DNA of 63,192 nucleotides, the filler included, from Trichomonas gallinae (taxonomy: Eukaryota): the NCBI GenBank assembly GCA_008369845.1. It is 4 parts of 4 records of this genome, joined end to end, with 100 filler letters (N's around TTAATTAATTAA, not from the genome) between each part and the next. Parts side by side here need not be neighbours in the genome. Positions count along the whole stretch, not along the records: positions 6,334 to 36,020 come from MRSU01000076.1; 3 more parts are not named here. One strand, given 5' to 3'. Below are positions 21,501 to 31,729 of this stretch, one piece after another. The position numbers and the translations under genes were made by a program. How positions within the stretch are numbered: the first letter of the stretch is position 1; every line of letters starts with the position of its first letter. Under the pieces are notes generated by a model. That model did no database searches. It saw only the letters and a list, made by a program, of their open reading frames with translations, and was not told the DNA's origin.

Positions 21501-24500
21501 CAGTGGCTCGTGGAAAAACTCTGGAGGAAGAAATGGATTTTCAGGAGATGCGAATGGATAAGGAAGAGGAATAATTGGAGCATCTTTGAATTGAGCATCA
21601 AAAATTGAGCCTAGCATCGTTTGGCTTGTTTCTGCATTAAGATAAATGTTCTCTGGATAGAATGTTCTCACTATTATTCCCATTTTATGCATGGAATAAA
21701 GTATTTGTAGTGATTTGCAGAGAATTGTATTTGCGACTCCTAAACTTCTCGGATCGCTGCCCAAAAACGAGTGAACTTTGAGGAAATGAGATAAAGGAAG
21801 AGCACGCGGGTCTTCAGCAATTACAACTCTAACATTTCCATCAGCAACTTCTCCGAATGAGTGAACACATAAAGATATTTTTCTTGAAGCGAAAGAAACT
21901 TTTTGAACAATCGAAATATGTTCAAGGAAGTCTTTGAATTTCGTTGGTGGAATGTGTAAAGCATGTATTATCTGTCGTTGCTCTCTATCACGACCATATA
22001 ATATGTATTTCGAGTTGACATCGTAAATTGTTTTATGGAATGTTTCATCCAAGAGAACGTTTCGATTCGGCTTCACTGTCAAAGGAATTTGGTTAGGATC
22101 AGCATCTTTCTGTACGATTCTCATATCAATTGGAGGTACAGGAAGCATTTTATCAAGATAAGAAGCCGCTAACTGTTCATTAATTCCATCTTGAACGCGT
22201 TTCATTAACTCGTGTTTTACTAAATCTTCCAAATCTTCTAGTTTGTCTATTCGAGCTTGTAAATCGTCTTTTTCTGTCCTCGAGAGCCATTTTCTGCTGA
22301 TTGACGCACTGCTGAGACCTTCTGCTGCCTTTGATATTGTAAAGTTGTTGATTTTAGCTGCGAGATTTGATAAAGGATTAATTTCTGCAACCATTTCAGA
22401 TATTTTTTGGTGATTGAAGACAATATTCGAAATCGCTTTGTAGTATCCATCAGTCTTAACTGGAAGCAAATGGCTAGTGAGACCTATTGAATATTCTCCA
22501 CCATCAAGGATTTCACTTTCTGGCGCAAACTTTAATAAAAACTGCGGAAAAGTCATCAAATTTTCTGGCAAAATATCAGCACGTCTGAAGAAGTGGAATA
22601 TTTCATATATTGATGCTGATTTCTCATCTGAAGGCGGAACAAAAGGATACAGTGATCTGTGCTTTGTTTTTAATATCAATTCAGGCAGTGGAGTATATTT
22701 AGAATTGGGATAAAACATTCTCTTCATTTGATTTGTTATTGCGTGCGAATCAAAATGATTTAAATTACTCTTCAACTCCAAATATTTCGCTCTTGAGCTG
22801 AATAGTTTCTGTGTGGCTTGTAGATATTCATCGAATAAAACTTTTCTCGCGTTGGTTATCTCGGGAATTTTATATGAATCAAACTCCAATGCTGGAATAT
22901 TTTGAACATCATTGACAACGCTCAATGAACAAATGGTTCCTCCACTAACAATGCCGAAGACTATTACAAATTTCTGTGTAATAGGAATTGCGCAAATCTT
23001 GAAAGCAGGTGAAGTGAATTTCGATTGTTTAAATTCCGAGAAGATTTTTCTCGATTGTGTGTACTTCATTTTACCAATCAGTCTTTCAGCGTGTAATAAT
23101 TCCATAGGAGTAAGTTTGTTGTCGGGAATTCTCAGTGGATATTCGATTGATTCACCAAGAAAAACGTGGAAAGATGAATCCGCACATGAAACGTAAATTA
23201 AGTTCGGAGACTCAGTTACATATATATCTAGTGGCTCAGATTCAACAGTAAAGGAACCAATGAATGTTATAAACTCGAGTCTCTCCTTGAATTCATAGAC
23301 ATATATAGTTTTTTCGGCTGACCAAACAAAAATTCTTGAATCGAATCTCGCCATTTTAACTAAACCTTTGATATTCGGGTGTTTGAGGACCCTGTGATTC
23401 GAGAAATCATTAGAAAAGATGTAGATGTCTGCTGTGTTAGTGAAACTGCACGCGAAACCTGTTGCCATGTTATTGTGAGACAAAGGAATAATATTGAATA
23501 ACTTGACGAGCTGATATTCGACGTTATACAATGTTTCCCTTGTGAATTGTATTGTTGGCGTCAATGTTATTGGATCGCAGCAGATCAAATTTCCTCCTTG
23601 GCTAAGCAGGTTGATCCACAACATGCCTATTTTGTCGAAGAAAATGAATTTTGATGAATCAGGAATTTTTATTGGCACGTCAAGTTGTCTTTCGAATACT
23701 GAGATGCCTAGCTCAAAAATGTGGAGCTTCCAGCGACTGTCGACACCAAATATCTGTCCACTAAACGGCTGAATGGCAACATCGAGCAGAGGAGCGTTTA
23801 CTTGTATATCTGTTAGATGAACTAAATGATCATGCGTAACATTTTCGAGTTCTATGAGAGAAACTGATGTAAGAGATGCAACAAAGTATAAGCCACGCTC
23901 TGGGAACGGAACAATCTCGTTTGCGTTGCGCATAAATGTTGGTTTTGAACTTCGAGGAATTGTAATGATTTGTGGGTATTGGACGATTCTCTTGGAGTAT
24001 TTCTCATTCCTGGATATCAAATCATCGCACATATCCAAGTATTGATCGCAAATATAAATAAATCTTGGCAAAAGTTCGGATTTTGCCCATTGAAACGTAT
24101 TTTTCTGCTCGTAAAGCATTTCATCCTTCTGTGAAGAGGAGATTTTCGCTGGATTTTTGTCGTGCCAAGGCGGAGGAAGCTCGATTATTGTTTTCCTTTT
24201 CATTGATTTCGATTTATTTGCTTGTTTTCGCGCGTCACTGACTGCTGACTTGAGATCCACACCGACTCCTTTAGCTAAATATTCGCGTTTCTTTGAAGTT
24301 ACAGATGATTTGGGACGTGGAAATTCTGATGCTTTCAGCGCTTTTTTAGGCGTCATTTGTTCTTCTCTTGTGAGATCCCTTGATGCTGCTGGGTAGTAAA
24401 AGAGAACTTTATCAAAGGAAAGTAAATTTTGATATTGTTGATCAGATTTCTTGCGCGCTTTGTATTCATGTATGAATTTTGCAATTACTTTAAGTGCAAG

Positions 24501-24686
24501 TATCTCTCTACAATGTAGTAGTCTGGTTTTTGCTCTGTAATTACGGAAACATGTTTGAATTCTCAATGCACAAGCGTTTTTTCTATCCATCATAGCAATC
24601 TTTTCTCTGTATTGTTTGCCCCTGAAGATGGATTGAAGCCTAATTATGGATTTTATCGTCCGGGCTTCATAGACAATATCATCCAT
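18537..24686 (-). CDS. Large IQ-motif / beta-propeller-like / pseudokinase / helical-repeat protein
   Basis: IQ motifs (IRLQSIFRGKQYR, LRIQTCFRNYRAK) and a kinase C-lobe (FLPPEFF, FDVWQLGMLL, CLQTDPAKRP). Start is likely MDDIVYE at 24686; 24779 is an alternative. Confidence 0.8.
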   Translation of the reverse strand: MDDIVYEARTIKSIIRLQSIFRGKQYREKIAMMDRKNACALRIQTCFRNYRAKTRLLHCREILALKVIAKFIHEYKARKKSDQQYQNLLSFDKVLFYYPAASRDLTREEQMTPKKALKASEFPRPKSSVTSKKREYLAKGVGVDLKSAVSDARKQANKSKSMKRKTIIELPPPWHDKNPAKISSSQKDEMLYEQKNTFQWAKSELLPRFIYICDQYLDMCDDLISRNEKYSKRIVQYPQIITIPRSSKPTFMRNANEIVPFPERGLYFVASLTSVSLIELENVTHDHLVHLTDIQVNAPLLDVAIQPFSGQIFGVDSRWKLHIFELGISVFERQLDVPIKIPDSSKFIFFDKIGMLWINLLSQGGNLICCDPITLTPTIQFTRETLYNVEYQLVKLFNIIPLSHNNMATGFACSFTNTADIYIFSNDFSNHRVLKHPNIKGLVKMARFDSRIFVWSAEKTIYVYEFKERLEFITFIGSFTVESEPLDIYVTESPNLIYVSCADSSFHVFLGESIEYPLRIPDNKLTPMELLHAERLIGKMKYTQSRKIFSEFKQSKFTSPAFKICAIPITQKFVIVFGIVSGGTICSLSVVNDVQNIPALEFDSYKIPEITNARKVLFDEYLQATQKLFSSRAKYLELKSNLNHFDSHAITNQMKRMFYPNSKYTPLPELILKTKHRSLYPFVPPSDEKSASIYEIFHFFRRADILPENLMTFPQFLLKFAPESEILDGGEYSIGLTSHLLPVKTDGYYKAISNIVFNHQKISEMVAEINPLSNLAAKINNFTISKAAEGLSSASISRKWLSRTEKDDLQARIDKLEDLEDLVKHELMKRVQDGINEQLAASYLDKMLPVPPIDMRIVQKDADPNQIPLTVKPNRNVLLDETFHKTIYDVNSKYILYGRDREQRQIIHALHIPPTKFKDFLEHISIVQKVSFASRKISLCVHSFGEVADGNVRVVIAEDPRALPLSHFLKVHSFLGSDPRSLGVANTILCKSLQILYSMHKMGIIVRTFYPENIYLNAETSQTMLGSIFDAQFKDAPIIPLPYPFASPENPFLPPEFFHEPLDKMTTAFDVWQLGMLLLYTITGYLPRSYGSELLEHLGEEQTNEYKIYPRTHFFYDWLRDAKMVGPNERCTGERGECFIRTDECDGKMPTILDLDHYTLLPYKNSKINYDESKLYLLIIASCLQTDPAKRPKVEDILRTYSLGQPSAGSEALDVYLKVPNQDVFTSQFFFPVSHMLKENTFFFTLGVLQALMFHDEDEEDDSQFAFPLENHASDRVLRAVFNLKFMDILVEYAIRRIVNKVKLQEVVPVMTFSDSYFERLLEFLTRLISSVEKGIGPLVPYTMEIVLHVMSMFTCNYTIRFTSNNILSDPVSVNFLVNYDHSPAFMYTYTKVHGLLKYILSSSVSIAGAIKFNDEHSEWYYNQFLTFGEANYNLSHALCYSIDKQKGNAVRTLQSMWNNGQTTAIARIFIDFRIVQKVLLCLHIHNIRAEAVSFMMDCLSALNTKMYDSSFRLLSLIAVNPILTMNINHMMRISVMNDKVRESAISVAKEFIKNPTISNVATIVYSDIIWSMFETIREPLFRNIVEKLVSEPSLNITKVIAKSKFLDKVLRNNEITYSFNIDQHSVDMATDIFEALHLAKKVVNLLYLQAHKKDADFEVNDKIIISFFNKSFNIILREADSIAKYLDTQALRETRFDIKETTFLQEKNKAKEMNISLTQNSILECSSTILDLYKNLVVYWNNKISDIPEDFLEMIFTRATYHFSTSRVRTHPASRMISYYTEMILFSITQMSESSQVYQYFVSRIGRITEIFAHYFAFYEEAEQKNAVESQLSELYFRQRKIRFELFKAALKHANEVNLLQIFKFIVEKMITNPLNMRIDTVQRNTDLMRFPVRSEALAMIDYLVRNIEKYKRQFLRLCDTFNNFGDKFVENERKMMQIDDNVLLIDQSIKLMEIVIKHKMIIEDTELNSLIISMRARYVRPVEECKLCERKAEAKTLVKDNKHRQSFASSGTTRIKSARRTTILAPTLATRTRPATAITKRSYGTLK

Positions 24687-25371
24687 TTCTGAAAAACGGA
24701 CTTTATTAGAGAACAAAATATAATGATTAGACACATCTGCACTAGCGTATATATCAAAAATTATGGACAAAATCTTCATTTTTCGAAATTTGAAAAATAT
24801 ATTGTTCGAGTTTTCTTATATATCATCATAAATCAACATATATTTTGATATTTTCAAATCTAATCAATACATTGGGCTATTTGTGCACGTTTAGAAATTT
24901 TGAATCCAAAAGTGACATTTGCTTGAAAAATATTTCACTTTACATATCAAATATTTCGCTTTACACGGCAAATCCTGAGAATTTTTGACTGTTTACATGA
25001 CAAATTAAGTTATTAGATATTCAAAAAAAATTATGTACTCTAGCATTTGCTTTTCTATAATTTGTGCTAGTTAGTTATCATCTAAATTGATATAATCTCA
25101 AACAAATAAATTTCAATTATGCAATGAATATTTTATATTCTTTGTGTGAATTGACTATTATCTAAATTAACATTATTTTCAAATAGAACTTGTCTGCAGC
25201 TAAAATAATTTCTTATAAAACAAAATATATGTAACCAAATCAAGCACATGTAAGCCTGTGCTTCTGGGATAAATTTGAAAATAGCTTTGCATCTTGTGAA
25301 TCCTTCAAGAAAAGTAGTAAATTGAAGAATACCAAATAAAATTAAGAAAAACAATATAATATTGATTGAAA

Positions 25372-26028
25372 TCATTCTTTTTGATCTTCTTCTTCATATC
25401 CATACTCGTATTCATATGCGTATTCTTCTTCTGCTTCTATATTTTGTTGAAGATTTTCTAATTTCGTTTCATTTTGATTCTCTTGGTTGTCTGTCGTATT
25501 TTGTATGTCTCCATTTAGTATTTCAGTAGAATTTGGTGAAATATTTTCATTAATTTTTTCAATTTCTTCTGTATTATGCGCCTGATTTGTATTTTCATCT
25601 ATTTCGATTGATTTATCTTCCTTAAAAAGTGGTGGAACTGGAATTCCTTTAATATAAAAATCTTCCCATTGTTGAACTCTTCGTAAAACTTCTTCATCTG
25701 TAGTTGGCCTGACTTTTAATGACATACCAAGCTTAGCGTTGTGTTCAGGAGAGTTCAAATGCTTCATATATTTATTCGAATCTCTAAAATAAAGCTCGCA
25801 AACTGGACAAATCCAATGACCAATCTTATCATATGGAATATTATCACCGTATATACGACGTTTGTTAACATCTTGGCTTAATTTAATATTATCAAGATTT
25901 ACTTCAAGATAACCTAGTTTAGAGGTGTCGATCTTCTCCTTTTTGCCATCTTTTAACTTCAGCTTGTCGCCAGTCATTTTACTCATTTTTAGCGAAGCTG
26001 AATTTTGACTTTTTAAGAAATCTGTCAT
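25372..26028 (-). CDS. U1/matrin-type C2H2 zinc-finger spliceosomal protein, Snu23/ZMAT2-like
   Basis: WICPVCELYFRDSNKYMKHLNSPEHNAKLGMSLKVRPTTDEEVLRR matches the ZMAT2 pattern C..C....KDS....H.N...H...LGMSM.V...T...V..R. Confidence 0.75.
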   Translation of the reverse strand: MTDFLKSQNSASLKMSKMTGDKLKLKDGKKEKIDTSKLGYLEVNLDNIKLSQDVNKRRIYGDNIPYDKIGHWICPVCELYFRDSNKYMKHLNSPEHNAKLGMSLKVRPTTDEEVLRRVQQWEDFYIKGIPVPPLFKEDKSIEIDENTNQAHNTEEIEKINENISPNSTEILNGDIQNTTDNQENQNETKLENLQQNIEAEEEYAYEYEYGYEEEDQKE

Positions 26029-26634
26029 TGTAAAGTGTCGAATGTCAGATTGTCAGAAATGAAATCGAATTCAATAGACTATACTCATATGAACTAATTT
26101 ATTTAATTTTCTACCAAAACTCATTATTTACATCACTATATGTATACACTGCTTCATGTTATTCTATTTTCGGTGTATGAAAGTTCAAATAAAGGTGCGA
26201 ATATCTAAAGTCTGATATTTGTCGAAAATTTCACCACATTAATGTTCGACGTCTACTAGCGTAGATGATTAGAACTGAACTAACTTAGTCGGTAAACATG
26301 ATAGTATACTATACACCCTAATAGCATGAGAAGAACCAAATCTTATCTATTCGATTCTCGTATAGAATATTCGACATTAAAATCTACATCGTTGTTTCTC
26401 ACTCAAACTCAAGGATTGTGTCTTTTCACTCATACCAAAGCGTGATAATATCAAAACATGGTGTATAAATCACAAATCTTGATGCTCGAAATTGGCCCAG
26501 CCAAATCCTTCGATATTCAAATATATTTATGAATATTATATTCTTTAAATTCAAACAAGTATATTTACATAATATGAACTCTCTAAGGAGGTGTTATAAA
26601 AAATCATTTGCTTTGGAAGCTGTAAAAAAATCTA

Positions 26635-29160
26635 TCATAATGAATTTGAAGTGGCAATGATGAAGTTTTTGATGTGCTTCTTCTTTGTCTTCGCTGCTGT
26701 TGATCCTTGATATCTTGTTACGAGTGTGTTCAAGTCAGCATCATTGACACCATTCAAGCGACTCAAGTCTGCAAATGATATGACGCCGTTTTCGATATAA
26801 TCAAAAATCGCTGATGTGAGGGTGTCGAACTCTTTGTTTCCTTTCCTTGATATCATCACTGGCCAGAATTGGGCAAAGAATGGGAACCCACGCTGTTTAA
26901 CTTTGCCGACAACTTGCTCGTAAAGTCTTGAATTGTTGCTGTTGAACAAAGCCCCGTAAACACTTGTCGCACTTTCGTCGTCGACAACAAAACTCGTCAA
27001 AGAAGAAACAGACAGAGAAACCTGATTAACGGCACTTGCCATGTCTTCATCTGTTTGCTCCATCATCTTAAATAAATGCAAAATCAAGTCGCAGCAGAAT
27101 CTGCTCGTTTGCTCACTATCGACTTCACTTGCAATTTTCACAACTTTCAATACTGTTTCAGACATCCACATTTCAACCGCAGTTGTTATCAACTCAGGCG
27201 GTGTGAGCTTCAGAAGGCACTCAACTGATATAGCAGGAACAAACTCCAGTATGTGCAATAATGCTCTATTTACGTGATGAAAAGCGCGCGCGATGTTTGT
27301 TGAGTGTTCGTTTATCGAAATTACTCTGTTCAAAAGAATGAGAAGAAGTTCGACAATTTGATTGCATAATGATTCGGTGAGACATTCTCCAGGGACGAGG
27401 GAAAGGAACTCTAGGATCCTACCTATCTTATAGTTGATGCTGCCGCAGATGTTTTCGTCATTTAGTATTTGCCCGATCAGTTCTATCGCGAGTGGAATTG
27501 AGTCGCCCAGAAAATCGAAATTCGCAGCCACTGACAGCTTCGCAAGAATTATCTTGATAACCCACGAATACTGCTCCGTGTGCTGTATAGCTGCTAGCTG
27601 CTCAACAGGGAATTCTATCTCAGATATATACAGTGAAGTGAAATCAAGGAGAAAAACAGTTATAGGGTCATATGATCGCGCGTTTTGATGGCAAACGTTC
27701 TGCAATATCTGATTAAATATGAATGTCGCCTGCTGCCCGTCGAGTTCTAAATAAGGAGATATTTTCGTAAGCAATTTATAAGCATATTCCTGTATTTCTG
27801 TTTTAATTTGACCCATGTTAGTAAAAATGAAATCGAAAACAGCTGATAATGGACCTTTAACAATGTTTATGTTGTCTTCATTTGGTGGAACAATGACATT
27901 GTAAAGCAATCTGATGAGCCCATATATTTGCGTAGGATCTTTTGAGATAATTAGCTGACTGATTTCAACACATAGTATTGATGAGTCAAATATCTCTGAT
28001 ATCGCTTGAATCAGTTGATAAAATGATGTTTTGAGTGCGTTAGTATCAGATTCATAATCTAGATTAGCTAAATAAAGAGTTCTGAGGTCTATGCTTATTG
28101 CTATTGAGCAGATGTCTACAATTTTCATTCTTTCTTCAAGTAAAGCGTTTGCAAATTCCTCTGTTCGAAATTCTGGAGATCTTAGCGTTTTTGTGAGTTC
28201 TTTAACTATGTTGAGCATTGCTGTTGGTGATGATGTGTTAAATAACTTGGTAATGAAATCAAACATCACGTTTAATTTTGAATAATCAATTTTTGGAAGA
28301 CTCATGAAGAAAAGCTGAATTCTGTTGCAAAATGCACCTATATATTGGTCAACTATGCCGTACTCTATCTCTCCTTCAGTAATAAACAGTATTTCATAAA
28401 TTTTTGGAATGGCAATCAGTGCAGCGTCAGCAATTGCGTTTGCAGAATGTGAACATATTCCATGAGAAAGAATGGACATAAATATTGATATCAAGCCTGG
28501 TGGTGAGTCAGGAATCCAAACATATTCTGCAAATCTCGAATAAATTTCATCGACTCTAGGTAATGCTAGTATTTTAGTAATAAAATGCGTTTCTAAATCG
28601 TGTATTTTGCCTAATATTTCAAATATTTTTGGATCAATGTCTGTGCTTGCTGTTAATGGTAAAATGAACCTTTCAAAGATGACTTCGTGAGCATTATTGT
28701 AAAGATTTGTAAGGCCTTGTGTCCTCTGATATGCATTTTGATTTGTTCCAAGCTCAATAATGAGGTTTGAAATGACGTCATTTGCAAATAAGTCTGATAA
28801 TGAAAAATACTGAGTGAGAAGCTCATCATTAGAGCAATATAGTAAGAATAATGATGCAGAATCTATAACAATCGGTAAAATCGGATCATTTACATCAAAA
28901 TTTTGGTAAAAAGGAAAGATACTAGCTATTGATTGTTGAAGATCTGGATTCAACTGATTCCAGTATTGCATTATCATAATTTTTAATGAATTGAAACCAA
29001 AATATCGAAATTGATTTTCATTTTCGGGCAGAATCATTTGACAAAACAGTTGGAAATCGAATCCTTCTGGCGTCTGAAAATGTTTGCATACCTGAAAAGC
29101 CCGTTCATACAGAGCTGGATCTTGAATTGTGAGATTTAAAATTGCATCCTTCAAGTCCAT
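26635..29160 (-). CDS. HEAT/ARM-repeat karyopherin-beta family protein (exportin-like)
   Basis: Importin-beta-N-like start (RAFQVCKHF...QFRYFGFNSLKIMIMQYWNQL) and an all-helical body. ATG chosen at 29160 (MDLKDA); the upstream in-frame extension looks non-coding. Confidence 0.6.
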   Translation of the reverse strand: MDLKDAILNLTIQDPALYERAFQVCKHFQTPEGFDFQLFCQMILPENENQFRYFGFNSLKIMIMQYWNQLNPDLQQSIASIFPFYQNFDVNDPILPIVIDSASLFLLYCSNDELLTQYFSLSDLFANDVISNLIIELGTNQNAYQRTQGLTNLYNNAHEVIFERFILPLTASTDIDPKIFEILGKIHDLETHFITKILALPRVDEIYSRFAEYVWIPDSPPGLISIFMSILSHGICSHSANAIADAALIAIPKIYEILFITEGEIEYGIVDQYIGAFCNRIQLFFMSLPKIDYSKLNVMFDFITKLFNTSSPTAMLNIVKELTKTLRSPEFRTEEFANALLEERMKIVDICSIAISIDLRTLYLANLDYESDTNALKTSFYQLIQAISEIFDSSILCVEISQLIISKDPTQIYGLIRLLYNVIVPPNEDNINIVKGPLSAVFDFIFTNMGQIKTEIQEYAYKLLTKISPYLELDGQQATFIFNQILQNVCHQNARSYDPITVFLLDFTSLYISEIEFPVEQLAAIQHTEQYSWVIKIILAKLSVAANFDFLGDSIPLAIELIGQILNDENICGSINYKIGRILEFLSLVPGECLTESLCNQIVELLLILLNRVISINEHSTNIARAFHHVNRALLHILEFVPAISVECLLKLTPPELITTAVEMWMSETVLKVVKIASEVDSEQTSRFCCDLILHLFKMMEQTDEDMASAVNQVSLSVSSLTSFVVDDESATSVYGALFNSNNSRLYEQVVGKVKQRGFPFFAQFWPVMISRKGNKEFDTLTSAIFDYIENGVISFADLSRLNGVNDADLNTLVTRYQGSTAAKTKKKHIKNFIIATSNSL

Positions 29161-29658
29161 CTGAAAAGTGTCATAACACATGTCTATACGATATACATCA
29201 CGTATTATACTAAATTTCAGCCAAAAAAATTTTTGTAAAAAATTCAATATTTTCGACTCATGCATCACATTAATTATATTAATGCTTTATAATAAAAATG
29301 CTGAAGGAACCAGTGATTGCCGTAGTTGAGAGTCAAGATCAGATGTTAGAGGGAGATAAAGTGAAGTGAAAACTTAAGTTGCTTGCGGCATATGCGTAAG
29401 TATTTGATCTTTCTTACTATAGGATAATATCTTTATATATAAGTATACTATACCATAGAATGTAAGCTGTTCTTTTGCCACAGTCACACAATGAGATATA
29501 TTGACTTCAATGATCCCGTCCGCAAAGATGTAAAGCAACATAAAACTCCGCTTGTGTTCGTCTGCTTGACTTCTTATTTATAGTATGATAATATATTGAT
29601 CGAATAGTATTTATGAATATAACAAAAAAAAAAAAAAAAAAAAAGATGAAAGAAAAAA

Positions 29659-29686
29659 GGGTGATGGCTGGACTCGAACCAGCAAC
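29659..29686 (-). pseudogene. tRNA 3' fragment (T-arm/B-box plus 3' acceptor strand) followed by an oligo-T run
   Basis: The minus strand reads GTT-GCTGG-TTCGAGT-CCAGC-CATCACC-C-TTTTTT. No complementary 5' acceptor strand or D-arm is visible nearby. Confidence 0.6.
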
Positions 29687-29818
29687 TTCAAATATTTTTT
29701 GGATTAATTATCATGAAAAATGCTGCTTATGGCTAACCTTAAAAAAAAAATAATGAATTTGGTTGATATATAAAGCAACATTTTATTCAAACAAATTAAA
29801 CAATATAAGCAAACAAAA

Positions 29819-31189
29819 TTAGTCGTCCTCCCCGTAGAGAAGTTTTTCGACGCGTGCCTTTTCCATTTGTTGCAAAAGAATCATCTCGTCCGATTTCTTC
29901 TGCTGTCTGTTTGGCAGGCTCCTCTCCATTAGTTTCCTGCCGACTCTCCTCTTGACTGGCCTTGTCGCCCTCTCCAACGCGTGCATCTTCTTTTCAAGAA
30001 GCATGCGCTCGCGGTCGAGAATAATCTGCTTGCGAATTGCTTCTTTCCTCGCGTCATCAATGATATTCTGCTTCTCTCTGATGAACTCTGGTTTGACTCT
30101 TTCGCATTCCCTGTAGAACTCTTCCAGCTTGGCTTCTATCTTTTCTAGCGCTTCTACTGGCGTCAAAGCTGCTGTTTTCTTGAAGCAGTTGACAAATAAT
30201 TTCATGACTCTAGCTGAAAGGTATTCCAGCTCTGTTGGCTGGCGTGGAACCTCTTCTTCATCCTCATCTTGTTGCTGCTGCTGATTTTCTGGTGCTTCTT
30301 CGTAAGATTTTAGCGCAGGAACAACATCTTTATTAATTCTCTCTTCTAATAATGCAATATGGGATTTCAAGTCGTGTAATTGAGTTTCAGCGGTTGTATT
30401 GCCACGGCTCTCCATATCTTCAAGAATGTCGAGCTGTTGCTGAAGGAATAAATTATCTCGTTCCTCATTATCAATAATTTTAATGAGAATATCAGGATCT
30501 TTGAACATTTCTTCCATTGTCATGTTGTCTGGTTTAACTTGTAAAAGAAATTCTCGATATAATTGATAATTTTCTAAATTTTCTTCGTTTTTAGATATTT
30601 CTGATAGTAGTAAACCATTATTGTTATCACGTTTATGTAGAGCTTTCTCAATATCAACTCTGGCTTGTGTAGCGATCTCAGCTTGTTTTCTGCCTTTTTG
30701 AAGCTCCAATTCGACTCTATCCGACTCTCTTTGGCATTGGTGGGATTCCTCTATGATTCTATTTTCCATCACATCAACCATTTCTTTCTCATCTTCAATC
30801 TGTTGAAGAAGTTGATCGAGATTCTTTCCTTTTTTATTTAAAATCAGCTGTATAAGATAAATATCTCTCTTTTCAGCGATTTTCTCATCCAATCTCTGCC
30901 TCCTTTTGTATTGATCTTTGTTGAAAACCCTTGCTGATACTGGACTCGATTTAGCAATTCGAGGACTGTACTGTCTAAGGGGTACTTTCGGCTGTAGAAC
31001 CTTAGCTCTATCAACAATTGACTGTTTTAGATAATTTCTTCGTTCGGTTTTTGCTCTTTCTGATTCTAAAGCAGCTGCTTCGAATTCTAGCTCTTCTGGT
31101 CGAATTCTGAAAGGATTTGGCTGCCTTGCTGACCGAATGCTGAGCTTTGGAACAACTGGTTCAGTTATAGGAAGCTCAAAATCGGTCAT
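29819..31189 (-). CDS. Cilia/flagella-associated coiled-coil protein, CFAP100/CCDC37 (DUF4200) family
   Basis: IAEKRDIYLIQLIL, LENYQLYREFL, F.DP..L...I...E..NLFL.Q and a C-terminal ALERATRPVKRRVGRKLMERS. Confidence 0.8.
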   Translation of the reverse strand: MTDFELPITEPVVPKLSIRSARQPNPFRIRPEELEFEAAALESERAKTERRNYLKQSIVDRAKVLQPKVPLRQYSPRIAKSSPVSARVFNKDQYKRRQRLDEKIAEKRDIYLIQLILNKKGKNLDQLLQQIEDEKEMVDVMENRIIEESHQCQRESDRVELELQKGRKQAEIATQARVDIEKALHKRDNNNGLLLSEISKNEENLENYQLYREFLLQVKPDNMTMEEMFKDPDILIKIIDNEERDNLFLQQQLDILEDMESRGNTTAETQLHDLKSHIALLEERINKDVVPALKSYEEAPENQQQQQDEDEEEVPRQPTELEYLSARVMKLFVNCFKKTAALTPVEALEKIEAKLEEFYRECERVKPEFIREKQNIIDDARKEAIRKQIILDRERMLLEKKMHALERATRPVKRRVGRKLMERSLPNRQQKKSDEMILLQQMEKARVEKLLYGEDD

Positions 31190-31729
31190 TTTCTCTACCT
31201 TTGAGATTTATTAACGTAATTGTAAATTTTTAGCCTAAAAGTGACAAATTCAAAATTTTTGTCATTTACATAAAAATTTGTATCAGGAAATTTTACATGA
31301 CAATTTTTTGGCACAGACCCGTCAGTATCTGACATGTAAAAAAATTGAGACTCGTTTGTCAAAAAATATCTCAAGCTCAAATATTCATTCTCCAAAATAC
31401 ATGTGCTTTGAATAGAATGTTGGTATATTTGAATAATAATAAACTCTGTTTCAAAAGTCGGAGATTGTATTATGAGGAAAAAAAAATTGATAACTCTCAT
31501 AGAATAATTCTATGAGTAGTATTGAAAAATATCACTTTTCAAACCCGACTTTGTGAATGAATTTCATTCGGATAGTACCAATAATTATTGATCCATTGGT
31601 AACACTTTTTTATGGTACACTTATCTAACCTTTCGTTTTCGACTCGACTTTTGAAATTCAGTTTATATCGTGATTTCATTCCATAATGAGAAAATATAAA
31701 TTTTTGTGAAGAAGGAAAAATAAAATGAT

